Positions 37,361 through 51,097 of a DNA stretch of 64,000 bases are shown in pieces. Within the stretch, counting starts at the first letter, position 1, and the number at the start of each line of letters is the position of its first letter. The DNA is from the human T2T-CHM13v2.0 reference genome, Homo sapiens: the NCBI RefSeq assembly GCF_009914755.1, contig NC_060932.1. One strand, written 5' to 3'. Position numbers and translations under genes: made by a program. Under the pieces are notes generated by a model that was not told the origin of the DNA, made no database searches, and saw nothing but the letters and a program-made list of their open reading frames with translations.

Positions 37361-39945
37361 TTGATGGCAGCCATTGTTAAGCCTCCAGAACGTACACCTT
37401 TAAAATGGTTAACAGATAAGCCAATTTGGATAGAACAATGGCCACTAAGTAAAGAGAAACTGGAGGCTTTAGAGAAATTAGTTACTAAACAATTAAAAAA
37501 TGAGCACATAGCTCCAACATTTTCCCTTTGGAATTCTCCAGTTTTCGTAATTAAGAAAAAATCAGGTAAATGGAGAATGTTAACTGACTTAAGAGCTATC
37601 AATTCAGTTATACAACCTACGGGAGCATTACAGCCAGGATTACCTTCTCCTGCTATAATTCCAAAAAATTGGCCTTTAATAGTCATAGATTTAAAAGACT
37701 GTTTCTTTACTGTCCCTTTAGCTGAGCAAGACTGTGAACGGTTTGCATTTACAATTCCTGCAGTAAACAACCTGCAGCCTGCTAAGCGTTATCATTGGAA
37801 AGTATTGCCATGGGGCATGTTAAACAGTCCAACAATTTCCCAGACGTATGTGGGGCAACCAATTGAACCTACTCGTAAAAAATTTTCACAATGTTACATT
37901 ATTCACTACATGGATGATATAGTTTGTGCTGCCCCCTCTTGAGAAATATTACTCCAATGTTATGATCATTTGCAAAATTCGATTTCTCATGCTGGTTTAA
38001 TTATAGCTCCTGACAAAATTCAGACTACTACTCCTTACTCCTACTTGGGGAGTAGGACACTACTTACTCCCCAACTATTACTCCTACTTGGGGAGTATGA
38101 CACTACCATTGTGTCACAGAAAGTAACCATACATAGGGATCAACTAAAAACATTAAATGACTTTCAGAAATTACTAGGGGACATTACTTGGATACGACCT
38201 GCTCTAGGCATTCCTACCTATGCCATGAGTAATCTGTTTTCTATCTTTAGAGGAAATCCTAGTCTTACTAGCCCTCGGCAATTAACAAAGGAGGCTGAGG
38301 CAGAGTTACAACTGATTGAGAAGCAAGTCCATAAAGCTCAAATAAATAGAATAGATCCAGAGAAGACTCTAGATTTGCTAATTTTTTCAACTCAGCATTC
38401 ACCTACTGGTGTTATTGTCCAAGAACAGGATTTAGTAGAGTGGCTTTTTCTTCCACATACTAATTCACAGACTCTAACTCCTTATTTAGATCAAATCGCT
38501 ACTATGATAGGAATTGGGAGAACTCGGATTGTTAAATCACTTGGATATGATCCTGGAAAAATTATTGTCCCTCTCACGAAGGTACAAATACAGCAAGCTT
38601 TATAAATAGTCTTACTTGGCAAACCCATTTAGCTGACTTTGTGGGTATTCTCAGTAATCATTTTCCTAAAATGAAACTGTTTCGGTATTTGAAATTAACT
38701 AATTGGATTCTCCCTAAAATAACTAAATTTAAATCAATTGAAGGTACTGAGAATGTTTTTACAGATGGGTCTAGTAATGCTAAAGCTTCTTATTTTGGAT
38801 CAAAAGGTAAAGTTTTCCAGCTGCTCTATACTTCAGTTCAAAAAGTGGAGCTTGTAGCTGTAATTGAGATATCGACTGCTTTTGATATGCCTACTAATGG
38901 GATTTCTGATTCTGCATACCTGGTTCATTCCACACAGTTAATTGAAAATGCTCAGTTACAATTTCATACCAATGAATAACTGATGACTTTATTTACCCAA
39001 TTGCAAACAGCAGTTAGGAGTAGAATGCACCCTTTTTACATCACTTAGATTAGGGCTCATACACCTCTTCCAGGACCTTTGACTGAAGGGAATCAAATGG
39101 CAATCGCCTAGTTGCTAATGCAATATCTAATGCTAGACACTTTCAGAATTTAACCCATGTTAATGCGTCTGGTCTCAAACGCAGATACAGCGTTACCTGG
39201 AAAGAAGCTAAAGCTATTATCAAGCAATGCCCAACTTGCCAAATGGTACATTCCTCATCTTTTACAGGAGTTAATCCTTGAGGATTGGAAACTAACTCTC
39301 TTTGGCAAATGGATGTCACACATGTTCCCTCATTTGGGAGACTAGCTTATGTACATGTATGTGTGGACACCTTTTCTCACTTTGTCTGGGCTACATGCCA
39401 ATCAGGAGAGTCTTCTGCCTGTGTTAAACATCATCTTTTGCAGTGTTTTGTGGTGATGGGCATTCCAGCTTCTATTAAAACAGATAATGCCCCAGGCTAT
39501 ACTAGCCAAGCTCTGGCTACATTTTTCTATATGTGGAATATTAAACACATCACCGGTATCCCATACAATTCTCAAGTACAAGCCATAGTGGAAAGAATGA
39601 ATCTCTCCCTAAAATAGCAGTTGCAAAAGCAGAAAGGGGGAGACAGAGAATATGGAACCCCACAGATGCAACTGAACCTAGCATTATTAACAGTAAATTT
39701 TTTGAGCCTGCCCAAAGGCCACATGTTATCAGCAGCTGAAGAGCATCTACAGAAACCAGCTGCAAGGACAAAAACAGAACAACTGATTTGGTGGAGAGAT
39801 CCGATAACACGAAGTTGGGAAATAGGTAAAATAATAACTTGGGGGAGAGGTTATGCTTGTGTTTCTCCAGGCCAATATCAATAGCCTATTTGGATACCAT
39901 CAAGACACCTGAAACCTTATCGTGAGCCAGATGCTGAGGAATAGA
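37361..39945 (+). pseudogene. pol: HML-3 pol remnant (RT, RNase H, integrase)
   Basis: [46 protein letters not shown]; RNase H FTDGSS; [25 protein letters not shown]; broken into several ORFs. Confidence 0.92.
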
Positions 39946-40915
39946 CTCCGGGAGGATCCTGAGAACCCCCCAGTTGCAGCCATGTTGAGACTGATGCTGA
40001 GGAGGACTCCAACTGTCACGAGCACAGCCACCCATCTGGGGACAGATCAAGAAGCTGTCACAGATGGCAGAAGAAAACCTGAGGAAAGCAGGACAATCGG
40101 TCACAATGAGTAAATCTGATGGTAGCTATGATAGCGGTTATCACCACAGCCATGAGTATTCTTTCAGTAAGGGCTGACACAGAGAACAATTATACTTATT
40201 GGGTATATTTATCAATCTTGGCTGGCAATAATGCCTGGATGCAATCACTTTATGACACAGTTACACATGCTTTCTGATCTCAGTATTTACCATAATATAA
40301 TTGAGGCATACTGCCCTCAAAAACCTGTTTGTAAACAGGATTGGACCCAGTTAGAAAAAATGAACGTACTTGTTTAGGAAGATTGCATTGCATAACAGGC
40401 AGAGGTGCTGCACAATGATTCATATGGAATCATTATTAATTTGTCCCCTAAGGGGATGTTTAGCTTTAATTGCACCTCTCAGTCTGCGTGCCACGGCCAC
40501 ACTATGTTCAGATGATCTGAACAAAATGGTCAGATGGTAGAAATGATAAGAAGTATGGCAAAAGTTCCTATTATCTGGAACCATGGCGTTATAGTGGCAC
40601 CTCAGCCTCAAATGATATGGCCCGCTCTAGGAGCTTAACGTAAGGATTTAAAATTAAAAGAACAAATATTTAAAGCATCCCAGGCACACCTGACCTTAAT
40701 GCCAGGAACTGGAGTACTTGAAGGAGTTACAGACAAATTAGCAGCTAGTAACCCATGAAAATGGATAAAAACACTTGGAAGCTCTGTGATTTCAATGATG
40801 ATTGTGCTTTTAATCTGTGTTGTTTGTCTTTGTATAGTTTGCAGATGTGGATCCTGACTCCTGAGAGAAGTAGCTCACCGTGATATAGCTGCCTTTGCTT
40901 TTATAGATTTGCAAA
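39900..40915 (+). pseudogene. env: HML-3 env remnant with a large SU/TM deletion
   Basis: Leader-like TWGQIKKL, SU N-terminal NYTYW, then an abrupt jump near 40650 to TM-proximal [14 protein letters not shown] and hydrophobic MMIVLLICVVCLCIV. Confidence 0.75.
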
Positions 40916-40931
40916 TCAGAGAAGGGGGACG

Positions 40932-41435
40932 TGTTGGGAGCAGTCCCCCCAAAATCTGGCCATAAACTGTCCCCAAAACTGATCACAAACAAAATCTCTG
41001 CAGCACTGTAACATGTTCATAATGGCCCCAACGCCCAAGCTGGAAGGTTGTGGGTTTGTGGGAATGAGGGCAAGGAACACCTAGCCCGCCTAGAGCGGAA
41101 AACTGCTTAAAGGCATTCTTAAGCCACTAACAATAGCATGAATGATCTGTGCCTTAAGGACATGCTCCTGCTGCAATTAACCAGCCCAACCTATTCCTTT
41201 AATTCGGCCCATTCCTTCATTTTCCATAAGGGACACTTTTAGTTAATTTAATATCTATAGAAACAATGCTAATGATTGGTTTGTTGTTAATAAATATGTG
41301 GGTAAATCTCTGTTTGGGCTCTCAGCTGTGAAGGCTGTGAGACCCCTGCTTCACACTTCTATATTTCTGTGTGTGTGTCTTTAATTCCTCTAGCGCCGCT
41401 GGGTTAGGGTCTCCCTTACCGAGCTGGTCTCGGCA
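40932..41435 (+). mobile_element. 3' LTR (MER9), preceded by PPT AGAGAAGGGGGA
   Basis: Homologous to 35175-35687 apart from an 8-bp deletion. Confidence 0.92.
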
Positions 41436-41884
41436 TTCTGCCCTAAAAAAATCCTGGGTTTTCATACACCTGCACCTAATAGTAATTGGCTAAGGGTGTA
41501 TGTGGGGAGGTTGAAGGGAGAAACTCCTAGGAACTTCTAGTTTCTGTGCAGATCCAGTACAATGGCTCCAGTAGCTTAAGGGAGGCCCTCTGAAGAACAT
41601 GTCTAGCTTGAAATGGATTGGAGGGCATCTGTGTCATCACTAGCACTGTCTGCTACAGTTGGGGAGCAGAAGTGGAGTATCTTAATAAAACTTTGGCATT
41701 CAAAGAAATACAACTTCTGTATAAGTGTGGGCAGAAGAACAGCTAGCTGCCTATAAATGGAAGCAACAGAGAGTTCATTTATTCGCTATACCATGGAAAT
41801 ACTTTCAACAATAACAAGAACATAGTATTTCCATAGAATTTATGGCTATAGCACTATTACTGTGGTAAACTCAGGTATACACTC

Positions 41885-42060
41885 CTCAAGATCAGCTATG
41901 GTGGGGCCAGTGTGAAATGAAACTGTGAGAGCCTTTGTTTACAAATTATTATTAAGAATTTGTAAATGGCCACAGCAGAGCATTACACCAAGCGTGATGC
42001 CTTTCTGAGTTCAAGGTTCTGTGTGCCCACACAGGTCCGGCACCCATAACGTCTGCACTG
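41885..42060 (-). mobile_element. MER45A-like hAT MITE
   Basis: GGGGCCAGTGTGAAATGAAA..ATTATTAAGAATTT..ACAGCAGAGCATTACACCAAGC. Confidence 0.6.
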
Positions 42061-43774
42061 ACTGTTCTCTTGTTAGGTTATCACCAGGTTAAAACAAAAG
42101 AAAAAAAGGAAAGTTGTTCCATGTTTGTGGCATGTTTGAAAGACCAAACGTGGCAGAAGCAAATAAAAACTCTTATCTTGAGAAAAGCAGGCTCAATTTA
42201 TGACCCTTCAGATTCTCATAGACTACATTGAGCCAATTATGAGCTTACAATGAAAAAAACATTTATAAAAAAACACATGGAAACAAGAAGAGAGAAAGCA
42301 GTAGAAATTGCAAACAAGAGTTATACCCTCAAAGACATCAGGTATTTGAATTATCATATACAAAGTAAATGAAACAGATTATATTACAAAATATACAAGG
42401 AACAAGAGAATATTTTTCATGTGACCAGAAAAAATTGCAATAAACTAAATGAAAATTTTAAAAGTGAAATATATAAATAATGCAGTATAAAACTTAGTGA
42501 GTGAGGCGTTCTGCTTCCATGTGACAGAGTCACTTCATGGTAGATCAATCCACCTACAGAAAACATCTATAAACTCTGAACAAAAGTTAAAAGGCAACTA
42601 CCAAACTCAGACTTTGGAGGTAAGCTGAAACTCGGAAGAAGAGATGGGAATGGGTGAGTTCCCTACCTTTGTAGATTTAGCTTGAGGGTGGGCCCTAGTC
42701 ATGACATTTTGTAGGTGGCTGAAGCGGCAGTAGAAAACATGTCATCTTTCTTGCACAAGGAAGAGAAAAGCTGGGGTCATGACCATAAATGTCCAACAAT
42801 GAGAAAGCAATCTGTGAAGAAAGAGGGACAGAGAAAGTGGACCCCACTTAGGTTGTATGTGTAAACTTTATCCAGTCTCTGTCTGATTACTGAACTACAC
42901 ATAAATAGGATGGAAAGTAAATACCTTATCTAAGTAAAAAATCTAAATCAGTTGCACAGAGATCTGAGCTAATGCATTTTGTAGGACAGTGTATTTAACC
43001 AAGCAACAAACACATGACTATAACACTCCTTTGGGGAAAAAAGGGTCTTTGATTGCAAAGGCCCCAAACATAACATTCAAAGTGTAAAGGAAAGAGTCCA
43101 AAATTACCCAACACACAAAGAGAAGCACAAAAATGTGATGTACTAGAAAAGTACGATATTATAATGCTTAATCTCATTAGTAATCAGAGAAGTAAAAATT
43201 AGAAGTATAGTTTAAAATGTTATACTTTGACAAAAAAGGAAAATTTAATAATATTAATTGCTGAAGAAGACCAAGAGAAAGAAAATCTCACGTGCTTGTG
43301 TTGAGAGTGTAAACTGAAGTAACTGTTAAGACAACCATCTGGAAGTTTATTTTTAAATGAAGAACAAATACATATCCAAGTCGGTGATTTCACTCATGTA
43401 TATGTCATAGAAATTTCAATACAGGAACAGAAGAGTACATGTACAAGAATATAATTTCAGCACTGCTTTTTGCAAAAAACCAAAACATCATAGGTATTAG
43501 CCTTACGGGAAAGTGTAAGTGAATTGTAGTCCATGCTTAGGTAGAATACTATGTATTAGCCCACTGGATAGAATATTAAAATAGTGATGCTAAAAGAGAA
43601 AGCAGAATGTAATTTGAAGCCAAATAATTACTTAAATTTTAAATATGTACATGCATACATAATACTTTATTAATATATATAAATAAACATAAATGAAAAT
43701 ATTTACATACTAAATATACAAGACTAGGAGCTTATGAAAGTGTGAATTAAGTTCAGGGGATAAGGAGAAAGGCA

Positions 43775-44060
43775 TGATGTTAAATGTGAATTTCAGATGA
43801 ACACCAAATAATGGTTAATTGTAACCAAATAATATTGGATTAAAAAGACTACCATTTGAGAGGGTCACCATTTCAATCTTGACCAGCCCAAGAGGATTTA
43901 CAAGGAAAAGCAGCAGTAGTTGTTTTGTTTGTTTGTTTGCTTGAGTCCAAAATATTGCATGGCATATACCTATACTAAATATGTGGTCATATTTACAAAA
44001 TGTTATTAATCTAAAATTCAAATTTAAGTGGCCATCCCATATTTTATCTGGAAACTCTAA
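43775..44060. mobile_element. MER53-like palindromic hAT MITE fragments (interrupted)
   Basis: GTTAAATGTGAATTTCAGATGAACA and AAATATTGCATGGCATATACCTATACTAAA..AAATTCAAATTTAAGTGG..TTTTATCTGGAAACTCTA. Confidence 0.5.
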
Positions 44061-44082
44061 TGTGTAGATAAACAATAACGTA

Positions 44083-44236
44083 TAAAAGAAAGAAGAAAGG
44101 AAGAAGGAAAAAGAAAGAAAGAAGGAAAAAGGGAAAAAGAAAGAAGAAAAAAGGGAAAAAGAAAGAAGGAAAAAGAGAAAAAGAAAGAAGGAAATAGGAA
44201 AAAAGAAAGAAAGAAGGAAAGAAAGAAAGAGAAAGC
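44083..44236. repeat. GA-rich polypurine simple repeat
   Basis: About 150 bp of almost pure A/G (GAAA/GAAG units). Confidence 0.9.
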
Positions 44237-44795
44237 CCAGGCACAGACCAACAATGATTCTGTGCCAGCCATGTCTGAGAACTACTGCCAACTCAATTCT
44301 GACATGGGGATGGAAATAAATTAATCAGTGAATAAATAATCAAAATAGATAATTTAGGTACATTATTTTAGAAATATAAATCATAGTTTGACATGATAAC
44401 CTATAAAAATGTGGGAGGAAATAACTCTATTATGTCAAGAACTTTAGAAAGTACAGAAAACATCTTATTTGTCTCTATTTTCTGAGAAGGAATAAGCAGC
44501 TTCCTGAGATAGTCATATTCTACCCTAAGCTAATACCCTAAGCTAACAAAGGCAAAGTTCTTGAGTACATTCACTCAATGTTAAATACAAAGGTAAGTTT
44601 GGTCTACTAGAAATATAACCTCCTTAAATAAGTACCATTTCTTATTCTACAGAATGTGTATGTTGGGGTGGATAGTTATATTAGAATTTAAAGTGATTTA
44701 GACCAACTGAGATCTTTTCTTCTAAGTAGTTATATTCTCTATATAATTGTTACATAATGTGTAAAATACAAAAATGAAGAGTTCTTTTATTCATT

Positions 44796-45531
44796 CTGCA
44801 TAAGGATGGACCCCAAAATTTGGTTCAGATGTTGAGAATGGGTATACCACATACACACCTAGCGGGTGTGTAATATGGTTTGGCTGTGTTCTCACCCAAA
44901 TCTCATCTTGAATTGTAGCTCCTGTAATTCTCACATGTTGGGCGAGGGACCTAGTAGGAGGTAATTGAATAACAGGGGTGGATCCTTCCCATGCTGTTCT
45001 CATGATAGTGAATAAGTCTCATGAGATCTGATGGTTTTAGAAAAAGGGAAGTTGCCCTACATACACTCTTTTTGCCTGCCACCACGTAAGAAGTGATTTT
45101 GTTCCTCCTTCACCTTCTGCCATGATTGTGAGGGCTTCCTGGCCGTGTGGAACTGGGAGTCAATTAACCTATTTCCCTTATAAATTACCCAGTCTCAGGT
45201 ATGTCTTTATCAGCAGTGTAAGAACAGGCTAATACACCATGAAAGGTTTATTCCTTACATATTGAGGCTTTCTGAGGATAGCAAGGCAGGCTCCCAAACC
45301 TCGTCCAAAAATAGCTTGAGAAAGCTGGAAAAGAGGCTGGCTTAGGGTGTTTATAATAGTTAAATGTGGTAGGAGAGGGGGTTCCTGTGCACCACAGGCT
45401 GGGGTTTATGTGATTTTCAGACTGGTGCTAAAGGAGGGAGAATTGGATTTCTTGACAGCTTGCCCAGATGTGGGGCAGAAGGCAAGCTGTCAGCAGTCAA
45501 ACAACAAAATGGAGTCAGACTGTCTACTGCA
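44796..45531 (-). mobile_element. MER89/MER90-like ERV1 LTR split by THE1B
   Basis: Minus strand begins TGCAGTAGACAGTCTGACTCCATTTTGTTGTTTGACTGCTGACAGC. Confidence 0.55.
44871..45236 (+). mobile_element. THE1B-like solo LTR
   Basis: ATATGGTTTGGCTGTGTTCTCACCCAAATCTCATCTTGAATTGTAGCTCC..TATGTCTTTATCAGCAGTG..CTAATACA. Confidence 0.88.
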
Positions 45532-46354
45532 AGTTCTAATAAAAGGAACAAAAGTCTGCTGACTAAAGAACATATGATTGACTAGTATTTTATAAATTAT
45601 CACAGTTGCAATGATAAGCAATTGAAATATATGAAGTAACTCAATGAGAAATTAGAAATGTAAATGATAGCAGAGCAGGCCCATGTTATGCATAAAAGGC
45701 CTGTTAATTTTTAATAACATTGCTTTATATAGCATTTAGTGGATACAATGGCCATCTATCAGAAGATTAGATTTTTCTTAAAATTTAAACTCAATATGTT
45801 GCTTAAAAAATCTGACACAACCAATGCCTTTTCTTTATTAATGCCATTGCAAATTTCACTGAATAAGGATTTCAGACAGAAAGGAAACCATAAATAAAAT
45901 CAAGTCTAGATTTGTTTTAACTCCTACCATTTTTAGACTACATCATTCATTCTATAGAGATTAACAAAACTGTAAAATACCAGCAGTCTCAGCATTTAGA
46001 TGGTATTTTAGAATATTTTAAAACATTGTTATTCAGAATTATCCATAAATCCTAATTTAACCCGAACTGAAAAGTAGGCTTATATTGACATCTCTTTTTT
46101 CTCTTCCTTCCAGAACTGCAGTGATTTTTAATTATTATTGAAAACACTGATTGTAATGGATACTCAGCTGTGTAGTTTAAAGAAACGTTATGGAGCATCA
46201 GGAGACACCCTTCCCACTCTCCACACACTGTATCTCACTGACTGAATGTCACTGGAGTAAGATACCTGCTTTCATTTTTCACCCCTAAGGATTTCCCTCT
46301 GTAAAATGTGAAGATTCTCTCTCTCTCCTTTCATACAAACAAATTAACTAGTTT

Positions 46355-46552
46355 TTAAAAGATGCTAAGAGAGTAGATTTTAAGTGTTCTCACCACACAA
46401 AAAAATAGTAAGTATGTGAGGTATTACATATGTTAATTTGCTCTATTTAGCCATTGCACAATATATACATATTTCAAAACAACATGTTATATGTGATAAA
46501 TATATAAAATCTGTATTTGTCAACTAAGAAATTTAAATTGAAAAAAAAAAAT
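46355..46552 (+). mobile_element. L1MA 3' end inside a MIR remnant
   Basis: GCTAAGAGAGTAGATTTTAAGTGTTCTCACCAC..TAAGTATGTGAGGT..followed by poly-A. Confidence 0.8.
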
Positions 46553-46799
46553 AAGTAGGGCTTCTTCCAGTTCTGAAATTCTCAGGTCTTCAACCCATTG
46601 TGTTAGTTTTTCTAATTCAATAAGAGGGAATTATGGGCCTGTCTATCTTATTCTTCTTGTTCACTTCCTAAGCTTCAGTGCTTTATGAATGAGCCTCAGA
46701 GTGAATAACCCACATCTCAATTGTTCTGATTTCTTAAAGTTTATCATTTCTTCTTTATATAAAAACAATGTCTGTATATTATTAGGTTAACTAAATATA

Positions 46800-47700
46800 T
46801 TTAAGAAAAGCAAACTAACTAAAAAATGAAATAAAAGTAAAATCTGATAGTGATAGTGCAATGAAGAAGAATAAAGTAGGGTGAGAAGATACAGATAACA
46901 AGGAGAGGAATTCCAAAGATGATGGTCATAGAAGGCCTCTCCAAAGTGATGACTTTTGAGAATCTCTGGAAAGAAGTGAGGAAGTAAACTGTGAGAGTGG
47001 AAGAATGGCATGCAAAACTCTCAACGACAGACATCAGCCTTGGCATATTAGAACATTGACTGGAAAGCCATTGAGCTGGAGTGCACTGAGCAAGGGGACT
47101 CTAGATGTGGTTCTAAGTCTGATGGCGAGTGATTGGAGGATGTTCAACGGGTCCATTCTCTGATCTGACTCATATATTTAAAATATTATGCCATTAATTC
47201 TGTCCAAAATGGTATCATGGTGGAGTGAAAGTGCAAGCAGGAAAGCCAGTTAGGTGGCTCTTGCAACAGTCAGGGAGAGAGAAAAGAGGAGCTGAGCAAG
47301 TAGACAAAATCTTTTGGTTGGATTGGATGTGCAGTGTGAGAGAAGAAGGATCAATGATTTTTCCAATGTTCTGGGCTATAGATATTAGGTGCCTGGAGTC
47401 TTTCGCAGAGATGAGAAAAGGCATAGAGTGGCAGATGGATTTGAGAGTTTGCTGAGTTTGAGATACCTCTTAAAGATACAACTGGAAATGTTGAGCAAAC
47501 AGACAGAAATTAGAGTCTAGATTTCAAGGGAAGGTAGAAGATGGACCTAAAGTTAGGAGTAATAAGCTTATTGAAATAACAGGTCTGGAAGACTTCATTT
47601 AGAGAGAGGGTTTATATAGAGAAAAAGCCTATGTATTGGACCTGGACATCTAGAGTTTGGAAAGGGAAGACAAGTCTGATCAAAGAATTTCAGGGTAGAA
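46800..47700 (-). mobile_element. L2 fragment
   Basis: GAAGGCCTCTCCAAAGTGATGACTTTTGAG, GCTGGAGTGCACTGAGCAAGGGG, GAGTTTGAGATACCT. Confidence 0.6.
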
Positions 47701-50693
47701 AAAAATTATTGGTATAAAAGACAAAACCAGTGTCAACTTTGAGGATAGAGGTATTTTTAAAAGCATTTTTTCTAAGAAAGGACAGGAAACTTAGGACTCA
47801 GTAAAAAGCAAGTTTCAAGGTACTGTGAGAATAAAAAGATTTCCAGCCCAATGAAATATTCTTGGGATCGTTCATTCTGAGAACTTTTACTATCATAAAT
47901 ATAAACTGCTCTTCATTGCCCGGTTTCCAACTATCATATATATATCTTCATTTTTCAAAGCCTCTTTATGTCTCATACCATCTTATTTTCATAGCAACTC
48001 TTACTTAAGAGATATAATACATTTTTCATAGACGTTTTATTGATGAGAACGTTGAGGTTCATGGTGAAGTGGTTCCTCCAAAGTCATACCACTAATGAAT
48101 TATGCATCAGCTCTGCAACTTTGGTCTTTTGACTTCTACTTCTGTCCACTTTGTATACTACTTATTTAAGCATTTTAAATTTATACTCATAAAGGTTATT
48201 TCTCACAAAGAGCAATTTTACACAGTCAGTTATACATACATAAGGAAAAGAATGCCAAGAAAATATTTTCATTATTCATCCATTCCATTTAATCATCCAT
48301 GAATTTATCTGTACATCTATCAATTCAACAAGTAATTTCTGGGTACCCTCTACGTAGGCCAGATACCATGTTTCATGGACCTACAAAGATGAGAAAGGAG
48401 CAGAACTTGTTTTCAAGATGGTCACATGTAAGAGGGTATTTTTACACTTTTACTTCTTATAGAATAATGCTAATTCATAGTACTTCTTTGCTGTTGGTTA
48501 GTATTATGAGAAATATTTTGAGATTTTGAAATTTCATCATGAGTTTTAACTTCTTCAGAGTAATAAGTTCTAGTTTATGGGGATTGCATTTTATTTTCTC
48601 ATTTGAAACTACATATTATAAATTAATAAGATGTTAGGAGAGACCTTGAATATCATTAATCCAACACTTTCATCTGGGACATTAAAGCCCAGAGAAGTGA
48701 AAAGTGGTTTGACCAAGCCACAGAGCTAATCCATTGCACTGACATTGAAAGTTACATTGCTTGTTAGAGCAGTTTCTCAGAGCCCTGAGTTTTGGCCAAG
48801 GATACTTCCTGATTGCCAAACGTTTCCAAGAAGTTTATCTTGGAAATTCCATGAGTTTCTCACCCAAGAATTAATTCACCAAGCCAGATGGCATCCTTGG
48901 CAAGAATGGGGTACTACAATCTAAATTTTGCAATCAGAGAGGGAGTTTGCATTTCATTACAGAATTCAGATGACCAGTGTTCACTGTGTGAGTTTCTTAT
49001 GCATTTATTCTCATGCTTGGGAGAATAATGTATTAGTGTTTCCAGACATCACCCAGATGTTTTCCCTTAATTTAGCTTGATCATGAAGCCCTTTATTAAT
49101 AATATTAGATAAATCTTGTTAACTGCTTCTGAAAACCGAATACCAAACGAAGCTAACTGTAATATATTTGGGAGTTTATTATGGTAATGTCAGTGTCTTA
49201 ATTCTTACTTGTGCAATGTCTGCTTCAGGTTTGGGCCCCTCTCCAGGGTGGCTGTTTTTCATGCTGTGGCTCAGCATTTCAACCCCATATCAAGCCACAC
49301 TTTCACAATCACTTCAACTGAGTGGGACGAGCTAGAGGTTTAAGTATCAGCAACCAGATGTTTCCATATGGAAATGCCACTTACCACTTTTGCTTACATT
49401 TCATTGGCCAAACAGAGTCATGCTCAGACCCTGAGGGGAACAATAGTAAAGTCTATCGTAGCTATCTTTTCCTAACAGAATGGAGATATCTTTTAAAGGG
49501 AATAATTGATTAAAATTGTTGTTCTCATTTTTTGCCCTCTTAAGAAAAATGCAGCGATGAAGACCGTAAGTGCAAAATCAAAGCCACATAGTTAACCTGG
49601 AGATAGCTGAGCATTTACCATATGCCAGGCATTGTGCAGAGTTTTTCGGATGTTACCTTATTTAAGTTAGATCACACAATTACCTTAAAAGATTGTGTTA
49701 TTGTTGCCATTATATACACAAATAAGCTGAGTTTCAATGACTTATCTGAGGTTATATAGCTAGCTTAACAATGGGTCAAGACTTTCTGGTAGCAAAAAGG
49801 CTAAAATGCCTAACAAAGAAACTCAATAATACCATTCTTATCAATTGAAGCCTATTAAATAATAAGTATAATAGCCACACAGAAATAAATAGAGACTTGC
49901 CTTTTGCTGCCTGAGAAAAAGTTCACCTTCTTTTCAAAGGGCCCTCCTTCATGACCAGGCTATTTAGAGAATTTATTGTTGTTACTTTCTTTTGATAATA
50001 ACTCCTATATTGCCCCAACAAATGTCTTCCATTGTTACCTTAAATTGTTATTTACACCACTTTGAGAGTAGGAATCGTATCTGCTTTTATCCTGGGTTAC
50101 TATCAAAACTGAACAAAGTACCTGGCACATTAGCATGTTCCTCATGAATTTATTTTTTAAGGGATTGTCACTTCAGCTTTGAAGAGAACAGCAGTATAGA
50201 AAAGAGCATTGTAGACATATAAAAATGACTGCTACGACCCATCTGATGATTCTTCCTTTGTTTTTGCATTATGCACACCATTACCTAGAATTTTAAATGT
50301 TCTCTCTCAGCATGATGCTTATTATTTAATCATGGAAGACATAGAGAAGGAGAATGGGAGTTGAGGAAAATTTTGCCTTGAAAATACTCAGTTTGAATCA
50401 CTAGTACTTAATTTTCAGCTTGGAGGATGGGAGAGCACCCAGATTGGAATAATATTTGAGTTGGGTGTCAGGCCTGTTAGACAGACTGGTGTAAATCTCA
50501 TTTCACATTGAAATTCTTCAAGTACAATTTAGCAGTCTAAAAATTTAGGTACATGCAGCCAAAAACTTCACAAAACCTGCAGGCTTGGAATGTCTTCAAG
50601 GAAGGATAAACAGGAGTGACAATTAATTTTCTTGAAGGTCACAGTCTAAGAATGATGCAGTATCTTCAGAATTTTGACAACTTGGCTGCCTCA

Positions 50694-51097
<404 letters not shown>

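Larger units (their letters stand above)
35175..41435 (+). mobile_element. HERV-K(HML-3)/HERVK9 provirus with MER9 LTRs, internally deleted
   Basis: Paired LTRs TGTTGGGA..GGTCTCGGCA, 6-bp TSD TTCTGC (35169-35174, 41436-41441), Lys-type PBS, betaretroviral gag-dUTPase-PR-G-patch-RT-RH-IN-env order. Confidence 0.93.
34470..41657 (-). mobile_element. Old ERVL LTR (LTR16/LTR33-like) split by THE1 and the HML-3 provirus
   Basis: Pieces at about 34470-34601, 34957-35030 and 41442-41657; the minus strand begins TGTAGCAGACAGTGCT. Confidence 0.4.

Noticed and set aside
37361-37942. RT ORF as part of a novel RT system (retron, DGR or CRISPR-associated)
   Set aside because: It is a betaretroviral RT inside an LTR-bounded HML-3 provirus, with a stop shortly after YMDD.
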